NCBI RefSeq assembly: GCF_009914755.1
Contig: NC_060932.1
Direction: 5' to 3' (one strand)
DNA: 64,000 bases
Origin: the human T2T-CHM13v2.0 reference genome, Homo sapiens
Below are positions 10,536 through 25,455 of this stretch, in pieces. Each line of letters starts with the position of its first letter. Positions within the stretch are counted from its first letter, which is position 1. A model generated the notes under the pieces. It was not told the origin of the DNA. It saw only the letters and a list, made by a program, of their open reading frames with translations, and searched no databases. A program made the position numbers and the translations under genes.

Positions 10536-13161
10536 AGCATCGCTGTTGGGGAAATGTTATTAACTAGGAAGGAACTTTACAGAATGTTCCACACAAATGT
10601 CACATTGAATTCAATCAGAAATCCAGCCTGACCCCCCCTAAACCTGGTCATTCCTTCTTAACCTTAATGGCAGTGACAGAAGAAAGGGAGAGAGGAATGG
10701 AGTCTTGGTTGTTTTTCTATTTAACTTTGTGTAGGGAGTGCCCAGTGGTCAATTAAGGTGTCCTGGGCACCCGGCCTGGCTGGAGTAAGGGATGGCAAGT
10801 GCGGGGGTCTATTTAGGGAGGTGATCAGAGCCCGGATCAGGCCCCACAGAGTTGGCACCAATCTCCATCATGTTCTTTTTAAGAGGGTTGGCAGCCCTGG
10901 AGTCTATTTTTAAACCCATGAGAAAGGTGCTGTGTGGATTCCAAAAAGGGCCAACATTAAACCCGAGATCCCTGGAGGAGGGAGGGAAGTGGGGAGGCAC
11001 AGCTGAACCTAGGATTTTCTCTTCACACACACAGGGGTTCCCCTTATTCCTGGGATCAGATATTGACTGTCCTTCCAAAGGGATCTCTTGGGTTACAGGC
11101 CCACTCTTTGGCATGGCTTTGGTGGAATTCGACTCCTAACGAGCTCGTGAGTTGGAAAGGGTTTTGCACACCGGGTCTATTTTTCAGAATTGAGATTTTT
11201 TTAAATCCCTCTACCCCCAGTGTGAAAACTCCATGTGCTTTTGATATATCCGGCATCTCCCCCTTCTTCCTACTTTCAAATCACATGTTCTGGAACCCCC
11301 GCTCCCTCCTGCATGCACTGCAGAGCCCACAGCCGAGAATCTACAACAGGAAGATCCAAGGAAAGTCTAAGTTCCCCACGGCCACGGTGCCCAGCTCCCC
11401 AGAAACCCAGTCCCGGTGCTGGAGAAGGATGGGGAGTGGACCCAAGTGGCAAGCCTGCGGGGGACAGGATTATTTTCCCAATAGTGAGAAATAAACAGGC
11501 ATCCAAACGCCACTGTTTCCCATCAAATAACCAGATGAAGCGAACAGAATGTTTTATGTACAATAACAAATTTCAGCTTCAGTATCTGTGTCTCTTTTTG
11601 GATAAGAAATAGAACCAGAACAAAATGCCTTGAGATTAAGCAAATGCTTCTGCTGAATAGTTCTGGGACCACCCAGGACTCCCTGGGCAGGGAAGTAGGA
11701 GACGAGGTCTCTTCTCATCTCCGCTCAACTCAGAATCCCCAAGCCTAGCACAGAAGCACCACTCAATACATGTTTCCTGAGCAGAACATGATGCAGTTTT
11801 GTGCCCCATGTCAACCAGGTAGGAGCTCCCACCACTCATGCTGAAAACAACAGACATGAGTTTAAGCACAATGCTGGCCACACAACAGAGGCTCCATAAA
11901 CGTTAGCTGGATTGGAATCCAGTCAACTCAGATTTCTAAATGAATCAGATGTTCGGGGCTAGTTGACTAAATTGTCCATGTCCCCACGTGCTATTATAGC
12001 CCCTGTAGAAACAGCCTGGGGACCACTGTCCTCTTCTGGGCAGGGAAGTTTCAGGTGCTTCCCATCCCAGGGCCAGGGCCGTGCTGCAGAAAAAAGCCTC
12101 CACACCCCAACCTGCCCTGCCCATCCTTTCCCCACAATCTCCATTAGTCCTAAATTGCCAGTCCAAGCCCAAGAGAGCAATTGTTTCCTCAGTCCCAAGG
12201 CAGCGAAGCAGACAGCTCTTCAATAGTTCACATCTTTCTGCTGAGGGTGGGAAGATATTGGGGTGTCTTGTGGGTGCCTAAATAGAATTCCAAGTGCACC
12301 CGCATCACCAAGCACCCTGGCCCACGCCGCAGAGCATGCCACATTTCCCCACTGCGCAAGGAATGGGCTGCATTTAGAATTGACACTTCAGAACATATTG
12401 TGGACTGGGGAGCCGAGACTAGAGTGGAATTACACACATTTTGGAAAATGTGGATGAGCGGCACTGCCAGAATGGGCCCATTTACTAAACTACCTCCAGT
12501 GTTTCCAAACATTAGGGAAACCTTCCTCTGCAGCCTGCTGGTATGCGAGGAGGAGGAGCACATACTGGAGAAAATGCAAAATCAAAATCATTGGGAAGGT
12601 GCTAATAGGGAAAATAGGGACTCTTCTTTTTTTTTCAAGTTGCCAAACAGGCTTAAGTACTGGCAGTGAACCCCATGGCTCCAGAGTTTCTGAAGGATGC
12701 CCAGGCGTTGGACAGCCCTGCATGGCACGCTCTTCCTCAGCAATGAAGAAAGATTCCCACCCTTCCTTAGAAATGCAACTTTGCCTGATATGAGCTGCCA
12801 TCTGGAGCAGGCGGGGCCGACCAGGGGGTACCCTGAGACTCCTCCTTTATTTGAACAATTTGCCCCAAGGGACAGAGCCAGGATGGGTGGCCCATTGCCA
12901 GCCAGAGAGACCTGCCCAAGATTCCAGAGGGGCTTGTGACCCTGAAATTTGGGGTCTGTGCCCCTGGAGTTTGTCCAGCCTCTGGAGCAAGGCTTCCCTT
13001 ACATGGAGAAGGTAGCCTTGAACCATCCATTGGGAACTAGGCCTGGAAGGCCCCGTCCACACCCTCTAGCCCATGATGATTCACCGCAGAGACAATGAGA
13101 TACAGAAGTGAGAGCAGGAAGGGGGAACTGATTTGAAGATAATAATAATAAAGCTACAGTT

Positions 13162-13470
<309 letters not shown>

Positions 13471-14856
13471 GCTACAATGTGTGAGCCAGGTATTGTTCAA
13501 AGCATGTTAGATGTTAACACATTTAACCCTCAAAACCACCCTAAGAGTTAACAGCTATTATTATTCCCATTTGACAGAAGCAGCTAAGGCACAAAAACAT
13601 TAAGTCATTTGTCCAAAGTCCTCCAGGAGTAACATGATGCCTGATGCCTGGGGTGGTGCATGAAACACAGTAAAGGGGCTGGCCCTGGGCTTTGCACCAT
13701 TCTGCAACCTAAGGTATTTTTAGGGTAGAGGGGAAAACTGAAATTCAATATTCTCCAGTAAGAGTTGCTCAGTCTTGGAAATTTAGGTGCAACCGGGGCA
13801 TCTTTAATAATGTGGCCATTCTCTCTATTCAGAAAAAATGCCAGCCACCAATCACTATCACATTCAATGCAGAAATGTGAGGTATCTGTTTCCATGAACT
13901 AGGCCCTCCAGGGTTTAATGAGCGGGGATCTGTCCTTTCCAAGAGCCATGGAGAAATGGGGAGGCCTTGAATCAATAATCCCAGTCCACTCCAATCGAGT
14001 TCTCTAGAATTACAACAGTAACATCGTCATGTAACCTCCATTGCACACTTCTGAACCAAGAGAAAGAAGCTCCAGGGAGCTGGTGCTACGTCTTCCCGGC
14101 TGGCCCACAATGATCCTAGACTCCAAGAAAGGATAATGAGGTAGACCAAGCCCAGGGGACCCTCTGCTGTGAAACCCACTTCTTCGCCTTCATTGGGGCC
14201 CTGCTGATAAGGGGTGGCTTCCACTGGCTAAATGCTGACTGCAGAGGTTTCCTCTCTCTTCCCAGAGCCAAAACATTGCAATTAAACCCAATTAAACTAC
14301 TAACTGGCCTACCTATGCCTCTTTAATTTTTCCATTTGTACAACTTAACAACAGGAAGACAGGATCCTTCCTCCAAGATGCACTTAAGCTCCTTTCAACG
14401 GGGTGCTTAGCAGCTACCACTCGAAAACACCTTGGCGTCAGCCCTCGACTTCCTAGTCCTGTTTTCTCTTTACTACCAAGGAAACAAGAGCAGGTGTCAC
14501 ACATAATACTTCACACAGGGCTCATCGTATTATTTTAATAATTGAAGGGAACCATTTTCTTTCTGTTTAATCCTCTTATGAATTCTGGCTGGCTGCTCTT
14601 TCAGATATCTTTTCATACAGTATTTATATCACCCTTTTTGTAACTATTTAAATTTAAAAGGTGAGGAAATAAGCTCTAAACTGTCAACCCTCAGCTGCAT
14701 TTCTTTCTACGTTGCTTATCTGCAGAAAACTCTGCCCATCCCAGGGGAATCCTAAGGTATGTCTCTAATCTGGGTATTTCTTATCTGCACAATATTGAAG
14801 GGTGTCTAGGGGGCCCCCTCTTAAAGCCTTGGCTTCATGTCTTTTTAAAGAAATAT

Positions 14857-15200
14857 GGCTGGGTGCAGTGGCTCACACCTGTAATCCCAGCACTTTGGGA
14901 GGCTGAGGCAGGTGGATCACCTGAGGTCAGGAGTTCGAGACCAGCCTGGCCAACATGGTGAAACCCCATCTCTACTAAAAATACAAAAATTAGCCAGGCG
15001 TGGTGGCGTGCACCTATAATCCCACCTACCCAGGAGGCTGAGGCAAGAAAATCACTGGAACCCAGGAGGCAGAGGCTGCAGTGAGCTGAGATCACGGCAC
15101 TGCACTCCAGCCTGGGCCCTGGGCAACACAGCAAGACTCCGTCTCAAAAAAACAAAACAAAACAACAATAAATAAAAACAAACAAACAAACAAACAAACA
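14857..15200 (+). mobile_element. AluSx-like with (AAAC)n tail
   Basis: Full Alu sequence. Confidence 0.95.
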
Positions 15201-16359
15201 ATGTTATGGTTGTGTTGGCAACTTTCTTTCCAGCTCTGCAGTTCCATGAATTCGTGAAGTGAAGACCTCATTTCTACTCTAACATCAGTGCTGAAGTCCA
15301 CTTTCATAATCTCCTTTTCAAAGTGACCTGTCTCAGCACTCGTGACCTTGAACTCCTGAATAAAGGGATGTCAAGCATTAGAGAAAGAATGAAAAATGCA
15401 CAGTGAATCTAGTATCAAACAAAAACAGCCAGCGCATCATTTCTGGAATGACTGAGTTTTAGCCTTCGGAGAGAGACATTTCCAGGATTTCTGAAATAAG
15501 ATACCAAGATGCCAATCAACATTTCCTAAGGACAATCATTACCAATATCCACACCCGCCTCTACTGCCTCAAGTGCTTTTCGGGTGAGGGTCACAGAGAT
15601 AAAGTCTCAATGCAAAAATTCGGTGGGACTAGATAGATAGGCTTTTTCCTCATTCATTTATTCTTTCACTCAAATGTGAACTGTTGAATTGCATTGTACA
15701 ATCTCAGCACCCAGTGGTAGACACAAAAAAAGTAAAGGCTGTTTGGTTCCTACTCTTGGGAAGACTGCAAACTAACAGAGGTGAAAGATAGAGCTGTATG
15801 AAAAATAGGACAATAAAAGGGTCAAATACTCAGTAAGATAATAGCTCAAGAGATGCCCCAAGACAGTGTGCAATTAAATACCAAACGAGAGGTTGCAACA
15901 AGAACCACCAGGAGTTCAAGGGAGTGGCTGAGATCAGAGAGGGCTACAGCACTGGGGGCATCTTTGATGGAGCAGTGAGAATTGAACAGAATCTTCAAAG
16001 ACTGCCAGGTTTTAGGAAGTTGTGGGGATCCATTTCAATACCACCAAAGCTTTTTCGAAGGCCGCTGTGTTCCAGAATCTTCTTGATTATAAAAGATAAT
16101 CAGAGAACACAGGCTTTCTGACCTCCTGGAGAGAACGTGTGGATCCAGAACCAAACGCTTGAAAATTAAAACATGTATGTTAGACAACAACATAAATACG
16201 TCTATTGTAGGAAGCTGTGTGAATGTTATGTAAAGGAATGATTCGTTGCTAACGATCGTATAGCCTTTACAGCATTAAATGTCTCCCGTTGTGAGGTTGG
16301 AGGGAGTTTCCATCCCTCACAAAGATTTTATACAAAGAGGAAAATAAAGTGATGATTTT

Positions 16360-17117
<758 letters not shown>

Positions 17118-17189
17118 TCTAGTTTGATGCCCATGGGACAAGCAGTTAGAGGCACTGGTGGAGGAACAAAAGAAAAAAAGAAAAGACAG

Positions 17190-17430
17190 GAATCAATAGC
17201 ATTTAGGAGGTGCTGGGCACTGCTCTAAGCATTTTACAAGTGTTCACCCACTTAACCCTCACAGCAACTTTATAAGTCAGGTGTTCTACTTATCCTTATT
17301 TTACAAGTGGAAAACAGGGCACAGAGAGGTTAAAAAACTTGCCCAAGGTCACATAGCAGAGAAGTGGCAGAGTTAGGATTTGAACTCAGCAACCGGAGCC
17401 AAGTTGGCCACCGCAACCATTCTGCTTTTG
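17190..17430 (-). mobile_element. MIR, near full length
   Basis: GGCACAGAGAGGTTAA..CTTGCCCAAGGTCACATAGC..GGATTTGAACTC. Confidence 0.85.
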
Positions 17431-17772
17431 TGCCTCAAAGACGCCTGTGCAGCAACAAGAAGCTCAGAAATTCTGAGGAAGTAATGGTTAAGAGAGACAT
17501 GGGATCTGGCTGGGAAAGCCATGAGACAGAACCTAGGGAGGTTCTTGGTTCTCCACCGACAGCTTTTGCTACAGAGCACGGTAGCCCCTTGTTCAGGCCA
17601 CTAACTCTAATTAGTATTTTGCATTTGCCAAGTGCCTACCCTGTGCTGAGGCCAATGGAAGGATGCTGAAGTCAGTGACAGCTGACATAGTCCTCCCAGG
17701 GCCTCCCTAGGAACTGGCCTGGGATGCAACTGGCCAATCAGACCAGACAGTTGGCCTGGGTTCACTTCTTTT

Positions 17773-17888
17773 AGAATTTTTTTTAGAGATGGGGTCTTGC
17801 TATGTTGCCCAGTCTGGGTTCAAGCAATCCGACCACCTCAGCCACCCAACGAGCTAGGATTACTGGCACAAGACACTGCACCCAGCCT
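17773..17888 (-). mobile_element. Alu left monomer (FLAM-like)
   Basis: AGAGATGGGGTCTTGCTATGTTGCCCAG..GGATTAC. Confidence 0.8.
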
Positions 17889-18235
17889 CTTCTTGATTTT
17901 TGACCAATAACTTTCCATTATTTCCTCTTAGACTCCAGTTGAATTCATGAATAGCATTAACATTTTTCAAATGCCCATAGGAGTTTGTTGAGTTAACCTG
18001 AGTGACTCACCAGAGAGCCTTCAGCTTATTCTCCTCTTCTCTGGGGGGTGAGACGTCCTCCTCTGCCCACCCAGCGGGTGCAGAGGGGAGGGGACGCTTC
18101 TCCCTCAGTAGATTCTTCCTTCCTAAATGGGCCAATGTGTCTCAGACACTGAGGGTCAGGGTGTTCCTGGAGTCTGAGGCCTCGGCAGCGCTGGCCGCCA
18201 AGGGAACATGTGTTCCATGGGCCACCCGGAGGGAA

Positions 18236-18405
18236 CATGTGTACACATGTGTGCATGCCTGTGTGTGCACGTGTGTCTGTGTGTGCATGCGTGCATGTGT
18301 ATGCATGTGCACGAGTGTGTGCATGTATGAGTTTGTATTTGTGTATATATGTTCTCGTGTGTGTGTATGTATCTGTGCATGCATGCATAGATGTGTGTGT
18401 GCACA
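18236..18405. repeat. Degenerate (TG/TA/CA)n alternating purine-pyrimidine tract
   Basis: Seen directly. Confidence 0.9.
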
Positions 18406-20849
18406 TATCAAGGCAACTTCAGACAAAGAAACCAAGAGTGGGTCCCAGGGGGTTAGTTTCTGGGGCTGGGGACAGGGTTGGGGGAGAGGATGACAAGGAG
18501 GATGCAGCTGGGGGTGGGGAGAGAATATACTACAAAAAGAAATCAAGAGTGGTTCTGGCATTTAATTTCTAATCTCATCTCACTAGAAAACTTGTAAAAT
18601 CCTCAACCAGAAGTGCTAAAGAGAAACGTCTCTGCCTGGTTCTTCTACATTTGTGGAAAGTCTCCCTCTCTGGAAAACAGTCACCACTTTCTGCTTTCAC
18701 TGGGGACTACATTTGGAAGGCTGGAGAGAAGAGCTGAAAGCCAACAGGAGGTCTTGCTGGTGATGTGGAGTGGGTTCCATCTGTGGCCCATGCACCCCAA
18801 AGCCTCTCCAGCCACCTCAATCTCCTGGCCCTCTGCAGTTTCTCTAAAACGTGGCAAGCTCTGGACCACACACAAGCCCAACAGCCAGGACTCCCTGCTG
18901 AGCAGCCATTCCCCAACTGGAAGGGCTACCATGCCAGGCAATTCCGAGAGACGCCTTTTAGGCAGAATTCACGAGAATCTGTTCTCGCCCCAGCACAGCT
19001 GTGCACGGTGCCTGCTGTGTGGGTACCACACCCAGGGACCACCTTCCCAGGCCCTCTCACTGTATTTTCACCACCCTGCCCTCCCTTCTGCAGCCATCTA
19101 CACACACTGCTGTTGTCTTCTGCAGAGGAATAAGCATGCCTCAGTCCCCATCCCAGCAAGAGCAGGAGGCATGGCAGAGGTGGCACCAGAGAGCACATCC
19201 CCTGTGGCCTGGGACGGACCATTCCACAGTCACCCCACTGGAGTCTGCACAGATGGCTCCTCCCTGCCCTTCATGGGAAGGGACAGAGCTGAGGGCACAG
19301 AGACCAGCAACCAACAGACCCCCGACTCAGGGCGGTGACCCAGGGCCAGGAGGGAGGCAGAGGGTCTCCAAGGCCAAGAGGGCTGGGGGCACAGGTCAGC
19401 TTCAGGGTCCATCCCAGGGGCTGGTACTAGGAGAGGGTGGAGAGCACCCTGCGTGAGGGCTGGGGGTCCCTGCTGCTGGCGGCTCCCCTGCTGCCTCACA
19501 GCTAAGGGTCTATGTCACAGTCAGGGACAGAGCGCCAAGAAACACCCCTGGCCAAACTGGGAATGGAGCTAAGTAAACCCAGGGATTTAAATAACTGGGA
19601 TTTTTAAAGGCTAGGCACAAAACAGGGGTTTGTGACAATGTGCAGAGCCCTCCATCTAGAGGAAACATTTCTTATGTGCCTGACACCAGCTCCATCTCAC
19701 TTGGGCCCGGGGCCCTTTAGCAAGGGTTCCTGCTGCCACACCCCCTGCCATGGGGCCACCAGATGGAAAAATAACTGAATATTTCCATAGAGAGCTTTCA
19801 AACCAAACATGCAAACTCACAAGGCCAAAATGCATGGCCAAGAAGAAAACGCAGAGGTTTGCTGCAAAGGAGCCCACCGTGTTGGGGGAGGCTTTGCCTG
19901 GCATTTCTTGGGTGGGTATTTCAAACAGGGAGAGTAAAGCTGCTCTCCTGCAGGTCCCTTAATGTCACCCTCTGCGTCTCCTTTTACCTATTTGCCACTA
20001 AGCAGCAAGCCACTGAACCATTCCACTCCCCAGTTTCCTCCCCAAAATAAGATCTTATTTCCCAGAGGGAGCAGCGTACGGACTGAGTGAGCCCTGCATC
20101 CAGCAGGTCTTCCCCTAAACATTGTAGAGCCCTCCGTGCCCCCAGGTAATTCCTGACACCCAGAAAGGATGGGGCCGCCTGTTGAGAACTGTCTCAGGGG
20201 GTCTCAGATTCTCGCTGAATTGAATTCTAAGCATTTTATTTGAATCAAAATATATCACATTGCATACATTAATGTTTACTTCATCTTATGCATTTGGAGT
20301 TAGAGCCTCTCTAATCACCTATGCGAAACTAAGTAAGCAAGGTGTAAATCTGGATCCGAAATTAGATGAAAAAATTCCATCCTGTTCAGCTTATCAAATT
20401 TCAAGTATTTCATTAACTTGATCATTAGATGCTGGCTGATCAGAAAGTCCCAAGATTTCTAACTACTGTAATCTAAATGGTATAGGCGTTTCTAAAATAT
20501 CCACACTGAAAAAAAGCTCCTTTGCTCATCCCAAATCCATTTCATCTGATTGAATGATTTTCTCATTTCCACAGAGAGCTGTTAAACCAGCCAAGCAAAC
20601 TATCAAAGCTCCGCAGGCCCAGGAGGAGGAAGAAATTAGACGACATTTGGATAAGTCAGTTCTTAGCAAAGTAGTAGTGCACCTAATTAACTGAATGCAG
20701 CACATGGGGTTTCTGTGAACCAAGTCCTATTTCCTCTGAGAGTTGTCTAACTGGTAATCCAGTCATTGAAGGAGATCGTTTCGAAAGTCTCCCAAGTCCT
20801 ACTCCCGGTCCATGCAACTGTCCCTCCTCCCAAATTATCCACAAGACTC

Positions 20850-21060
20850 TGATCAAATACTTCCCTCTTTGGAGAATTCTAATTTTTGGAAAGTTCTTTC
20901 TCATCTCAAGTTGAAATCTGCTTTCCTGTGACTTCTACCCCACCCTTTCCCGGGTCCTTCCCTGGAGCACCAAGGAGTGAATCTCTACTCTTGCTGGTAG
21001 CAACCTGGTGACAATTCGGGACTTTTTTTCAGCCTTTTCAGTATTCTCTTTTCCTCTGTT
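20850..21060 (-). mobile_element. CR1/L3 fragment
   Basis: GAAAGTTCTTTCTCATCTCAAGTTGAAATCTGCTTTCCTGTGACTTCTACCC resembles antisense L3. Confidence 0.6.
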
Positions 21061-21342
21061 CCTCCAAAGTTTCTCCCAGGCATGCAGAAAGACCCTTTTC
21101 CTCATTGAACCCCTGCCTATGTCCATCCAATGATCAAGGTCTCTCCAACAAAGGAAAATCTGAACGCCATCCTCTTAATGGAGACTGACACTGCACTTCC
21201 CAAAATGTGTTCCCAGGAACACCAGCCCTGTGCAATGTCACCCACACCAATCCAAAGGGTGCTCTGGGCAAGTAAATGTGGACAATGCAAACCTTGTCCT
21301 TACAGAGTCACAAACCAAGGAAGCATATTACAGCCCTGAGCA

Positions 21343-21634
21343 GGGCCAGGTATGGTGGCTCACACCTGTAATTCCAGCACTTTGGGAGGCCAAAGTGGGA
21401 GGATCATTTGAGGCCAGGAGTTTGCCACCAGACTGGGTAACATAGCAAGACTCCATCTCTAAAAATATTGTTTTTAATGAGCTGTGCATGGTGGCATGCA
21501 CCTATAGTCCCAGCTACAGGAGAATCACTTGAGCCCAGGAGGTCGCGGCTGCAGTGGGCTATGATTGCATCACTGCACTCCAGCCTAGGCAGACTTGGTG
21601 GCATCGCAAGACCCTATCTCAAAAAAAAAAAAAA
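21343..21634 (+). mobile_element. AluJ-like
   Basis: Dimeric Alu with poly(A). Confidence 0.92.
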
Positions 21635-22639
21635 GCTGTGAGCATTCTTGGAGAAACTGATTAACAATGTTTAAGCCAAGATTCCATAATCGCATTTGAC
21701 TCTAAAACTCTTTATTTCCCCCACATAACACACTTAGGGAAAGGATGGTTATTTTCACTCTGACCGAGCTTTGAACACTTCACTATATTTCTCTACCCCA
21801 CTCTCTCACCCCCACTCTCTCTACCCCATTCTCCACTCCTAGCCTCCTGGTGCCCAGGAACTAACACCATCAAAACAAAGAACTTTAATGCAATAGCTCT
21901 CAGTATTTAGTGAATTCCTTCTTAAAGCAAAGCATCCTTTTGGGATAGAATTAATCAATTCCCTAATTTTCTGGCTCTGTAAATGTGAACGTTAGTATAT
22001 TAAGTATTCACCCCTTCAATAAGATCTGTAATACAATTCAATGCTACCACCTACCGCAAGGACATTTTTCAGGTAATTGATGTTTGTCATTAAATTCACT
22101 GACAAATATGAAAGGCAAGGAGAAAACTAGAAACATTTTGGACACTTTTTATCATGCAAGTATAACTAAATCTATTCAGTTAAAGCTTTTTTTTGCCTTC
22201 CACAAACGTTTTTATCTATAATATTTTTCATATGCACTTGGGAGCTAATTACTGAAAGAAACCTCATGGTGAAGGTTTTGCAAATTAAACAAACATCCTG
22301 CAATGCATCTGGGCTTTGAATCTTGATGCATGCACAGTTTTTGAGGTGGTTTTGTTTTTGGTTTTCTAAGTTCAGAAGAAAGCCCTGTACATAGTGGAAC
22401 AAATTATGTTCCTTCAACAAATCAGCGTTTCTTGAAGGAATGGGCAAAGCAGGTGATACAAAGTTTCCAAAAGATGGGCCTTCCCCAGGTCACACATGTG
22501 GTCAGTGGGCTTCCAAGGGTTCCATCTGAAATGCTGCACAGGACCTGGAAGAGCGACGCTGGGCTTTGCCAGCCCTCGAGCCCCGGCTTCTCCTCTTGAG
22601 TCTCCTGTTTCTGCCCCTCAGATGAAAGCAGAATGAGAC

Positions 22640-22935
22640 TGGGCATGATGGCTCACTCCTGTAATCCCAGCACTTTGGCAGGCTGAGGCAGGAGGATCAC
22701 TTGAGTCCAGGAGTTCAAGACCAGCCTGGGCAACACATCAAGACCTCTTCTCTACAAAAAATTTTTAAAAAATTAGCCAGGGGTGTGGTGCATGACTATG
22801 GTCCTGGCTACTCGGAAGGCTGAGGCAGGAGGATGGCTTCAGCCCAGGAGTTCAAGGTTACAGTGAGCTATGAACACACCACTCCACTCCAGCCTGGGTG
22901 ACAGAGCAAGACCCTGTCTCTAAAAGCAATTAATT
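22640..22935 (+). mobile_element. AluJ-like, followed by a plus-strand MIR (~22966-23150)
   Basis: TSD ATGA(A)AGCAGAATGAG at 22622-22637 and 22951-22965. Confidence 0.93.
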
Positions 22936-25231
22936 AGATAATAAAAACACATGAAGCAGAATGAGTTTGTGATTAAGGACTCTGAGTCTAGGGCCAGCTT
23001 GCCTGGCTTCCTGCCCTAGTCCGCAGCTGTCTAGCTACGGAGAGGTGAGTAAATCAATCTCTCTGTGCCTCAGTGTCCTTATCTGTAGCCTGTAGTGACC
23101 TCACGGGATAACTATGGGGATGAAATGCGCTCCTGCCTGCATGGTTCTTAGATGAGGCCTGGCTGGGGTCCGACCTTCCCCTCTTGTGGGTGTGGTCACT
23201 CCAGTCCCAACCACTGCTGCCCCTGCTCGCTGCGCATCCCTGAGGGTCTCCATCACTTCCGGGCCTGGGCCTTCCCGCAGGAGTTGCCGAATTGATCTTG
23301 CGGTCTCCAGGCTTCCTTCCTTTCCAGATCACTCACTGCAAGGGTCCTCCCGCTCAGAGCCGTCCATTGCTCCTCGGTGCTTTCCAGACCCTTTAAACAC
23401 CCTGGCGGAGCCTTGCTCGGCCCTTCTGGGTCCACTTGGTAGCCGAGGGTCCGAGCTGACCTCATGCTTTCCGCACTGTCGGGCAGCGTTGTCATCAGCC
23501 GTACTCTCCGCCTGGGAACCCTCCCGCGTCTCTTCTCCCTGTACTCTGGAGTGTCCCTTACAGCCAACTTAAAGGCACCTCCCTGCAGATCGTCCCTTGA
23601 TTCCCTCCGATGCAGTTTTCTCTCCTCCTCCCGAGTTTCCAAAGCATTGTATCTTGTAGCAGGTTCCTTTTGGCGCGGTTTGTGGTCGAGGCACAGCCCA
23701 TCTCCCCTTCCAGGCTCTTAAATGCTTTTCAGAGCAGCCACCACAGACTCTGAAAGAAGAGGAGGAGCTCGCGTCTTGCCAGGGGCTAGGAATTAGGAAC
23801 ATCTCAGAGGGGGGCTCCCTGTAGGAGTCAGGGCTGGAGGGGCGTCTACAGGCAGCCCTGGGTGTTGCCCCTGAGCCCTGAGAGAACCTTGGGGACCCTG
23901 TAGACAGGCTCCACCCAGGTCACAGTCATAATGCCCCTGAGGAGAAAGCATCTTTATTGGTAAAGAAATAAACAAAATTAGATGCAAACAAGTAAAGCAA
24001 AGATCTTTCAACAACACCTTCAGGCTGCCCCAGCCACTGCTGGCTCTGAAGCCATCCCATTTATTCAAAGGCTAGGGACAAGCCCCCAGTGGCCACGTTG
24101 CAAACTAATGGAGTCGAGAGAAGGGCTCAGAACAGTTATCCTAATCCTGGAATGGCTATTTAAGTACCACTTTGTGCCTGAGACATTCGGAGCAATTTGC
24201 TAATCCCAGCCCAGCACTCACCACCAGGCCCCTTTGTGGTGGTCGGTGCCACACACTAGTGTCTCTGTTTCTCAGATGCAGGCATGAGGACACTGAAAAC
24301 AAGTGAATTTTCAAAACTCCGCAGGAAAACTATCTCGATGGAGCCTGGAAATTCAAGCCTCCCGATTTGCCAGTTCATCCTACAGATGCTTTTTAACCAA
24401 ATCTGAGAAACACAGTGGTTCTAATGAAAGGCTGTTTCTATGGCAGATTCCATAAAGAGAAAAGAACAAAGGCAGTGATGGAACAAGTTCCCTTCAACGA
24501 ATCACTCAACACAGCAAGGTTGACATGTTTTCATGGTTTCCCACACACTGAAGTCAGAGTGGGTGTCCAGTGGTCATTCATTTTTCCACTCCACATGTAT
24601 TTATTTAGTGCCAGAGACGTCCCAAAGCACAGAGGGATGCCTGATGGGGGCCATGGCCTTAAGGGGACCAGAGGGTGAGGAGCTGGGAAGCTGGACTGGA
24701 GGGCAGGCCCTGGCCTGGCCCAGAGGGGTGGGCTGGGCTTGGACAGGGGCAGGGAAACAGTGGTGGAGGGGCTGGAGGCCAGTGGAGACGAGCAGTCATG
24801 CTTTGTGGGTGATTATATAAAAAATGTGGGAAAAGTCCATTCTGGCTGGTGATATTAAATGGCAATTCACACCCATTTGGTAATGAAAAGCCTCCCCTAC
24901 CTACGGCTTCTGTGTAGTAGAAAGAGCTGGGCTTAGAATTCACACAGTCCTAGGTCAGACCCTGCCACTTACTGGCTCTCTGACCTATATTTAATGGTGA
25001 CCCACCCCCCAACCCCCAGCCCAACCTGACAGGGGTAGCTGGGAGAGATAAGGAACTGGAAAACGTGTGGTATCATATGACCTTCTGAGAGGTAAACCAG
25101 TGCAATCAACACAGAGGCATAGCCCCAGCTAGCTTCAAACATCCTTGAAAAACAGGATGTCTCTTAAGTAAATAGCAGTCAAAACATGGCTCATCTGATT
25201 AAGGCTAAACTAAAGAAGGAGACAGAAAGAA

Positions 25232-25455
25232 GAAAAAAATAGCCAGGCGTGCTGGCCTGCACCTGTAGTCCCAGCTGAGGTAGGAGGATAACTTGAGCCC
25301 AGGAGGTGGAGGCTGCAGTGGGCCATGACCACAGCACTCCAGCCTGGGTGACACAGTAAGACCCTGTCTCAAAAGGAAGAAGAAAGAAGGCAGGCAGGCA
25401 GGAAGGAAGGAAGGAGAAGAGGAGGGGGAGGAGGAGGAGGAGAAAGAAGGAAAAA
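25232..25455 (+). mobile_element. Alu right monomer with GA-rich tail
   Basis: AATAGCCAGGCGTG..GACCCTGTCTCAAAA followed by a GGA/GAA tract. Confidence 0.85.

Noticed and set aside
18613-19338. 241-aa ORF, the longest in the window
   Set aside because: GTG start, no domain similarity or exon signals, antisense to ANK1.
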